From the sequence record OQ708376.1: a DNA stretch of 64,000 bases; one strand, 5' to 3'. Positions 63,591-64,000 of this stretch are shown here, one piece after another. The notes beneath the pieces are model-generated. The model saw only the letters and a list, made by a program, of their open reading frames with translations. It made no database searches and was not told where the DNA came from. The position numbers were made by a program, and so were the translations under genes. Positions within the stretch are counted from its first letter, which is position 1. Every line of letters begins with the position of its first letter.

Positions 63591-63601
63591 GACTTAAAAA
63601 A

Positions 63602-63979
63602 ATGGTAAACACTATTTTACTTTTGTTGTTGAATATTCCAATTATTCTGTCTTTTTTAATTTCTATTTTTATGGCAGGATATTGTTTAGTTGCAGTAATT
63701 CATTTCATTTTAACAAACAAATATGTCCTAATTTCTAAGCTTGATTCTATTTTTGCTTGCGATTCGATTGCTTATAACTTGTGGTTAATTTGTTCTTGCA
63801 TTATGGGAGTAACTTTCCTTCTGTATGTATTTGATGTCCTTGACCAAAAGTTCGTATACATCAGTACTGGATTGGCTCTTTATCCTGCTACGTGGTACTT
63901 GATTTACGTTGGTGATATATGGTATAGTACTTATAAAGAATATCAGTACAAGAAATCACTTAACGTTGGAGGAAAATAA
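63602..63979 (+). CDS. membrane protein
   Basis: three hydrophobic segments. Confidence 0.7.
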   Translation: MVNTILLLLLNIPIILSFLISIFMAGYCLVAVIHFILTNKYVLISKLDSIFACDSIAYNLWLICSCIMGVTFLLYVFDVLDQKFVYISTGLALYPATWYLIYVGDIWYSTYKEYQYKKSLNVGGK

Positions 63980-64000
63980 TCATGAAAATTATTTTATTTT

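Overview
A 64-kb, AT-rich (roughly two-thirds A+T) segment of a jumbo myovirus genome. Gene content and order resemble RaK2/GAP32-type enterobacterial jumbo phages; this is an inference from recalled gene content, not a database result. All supported genes are on + except one late structural gene (49138-50292). Positions 1-22 kb carry replication and host-takeover genes: a helicase 3' end, IF3, a ClpS-like adaptor, a KTSC/zincin/GNAT late operon, two topoisomerase II subunits, a baseplate-like protein, a DnaE fragment, GroES, an RFC clamp loader, a HAD nucleotidase, a TelA pair, a DEDDh exonuclease and a TPM/LemA-like pair. Positions 22-64 kb are an accessory region of small ORFs behind near-consensus sigma70 promoters. 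It includes a NADAR, a C5 DNA methyltransferase, 7 tRNAs, a PD-(D/E)XK nuclease, an HslV-like peptidase, a sigma70-family sigma factor and an HNH nuclease. Best unexplained signals: (1) two large structured non-coding elements (about 43144-43410 and 56125-56598); (2) several intergenic hairpin elements exposing anti-Shine-Dalgarno-like CCUCC motifs, plus a possible Sm/Hfq-fold protein; (3) at least 21 paralogous small proteins sharing a C-terminal EExxFQxS(T/L) module; (4) roughly 7-fold over-representation of AGTACT, which also sits in promoter spacers; (5) a sigma factor lacking the W-dyad. No CRISPR array, reverse transcriptase, integrase or rRNA was seen. All structures and counts were derived by eye.
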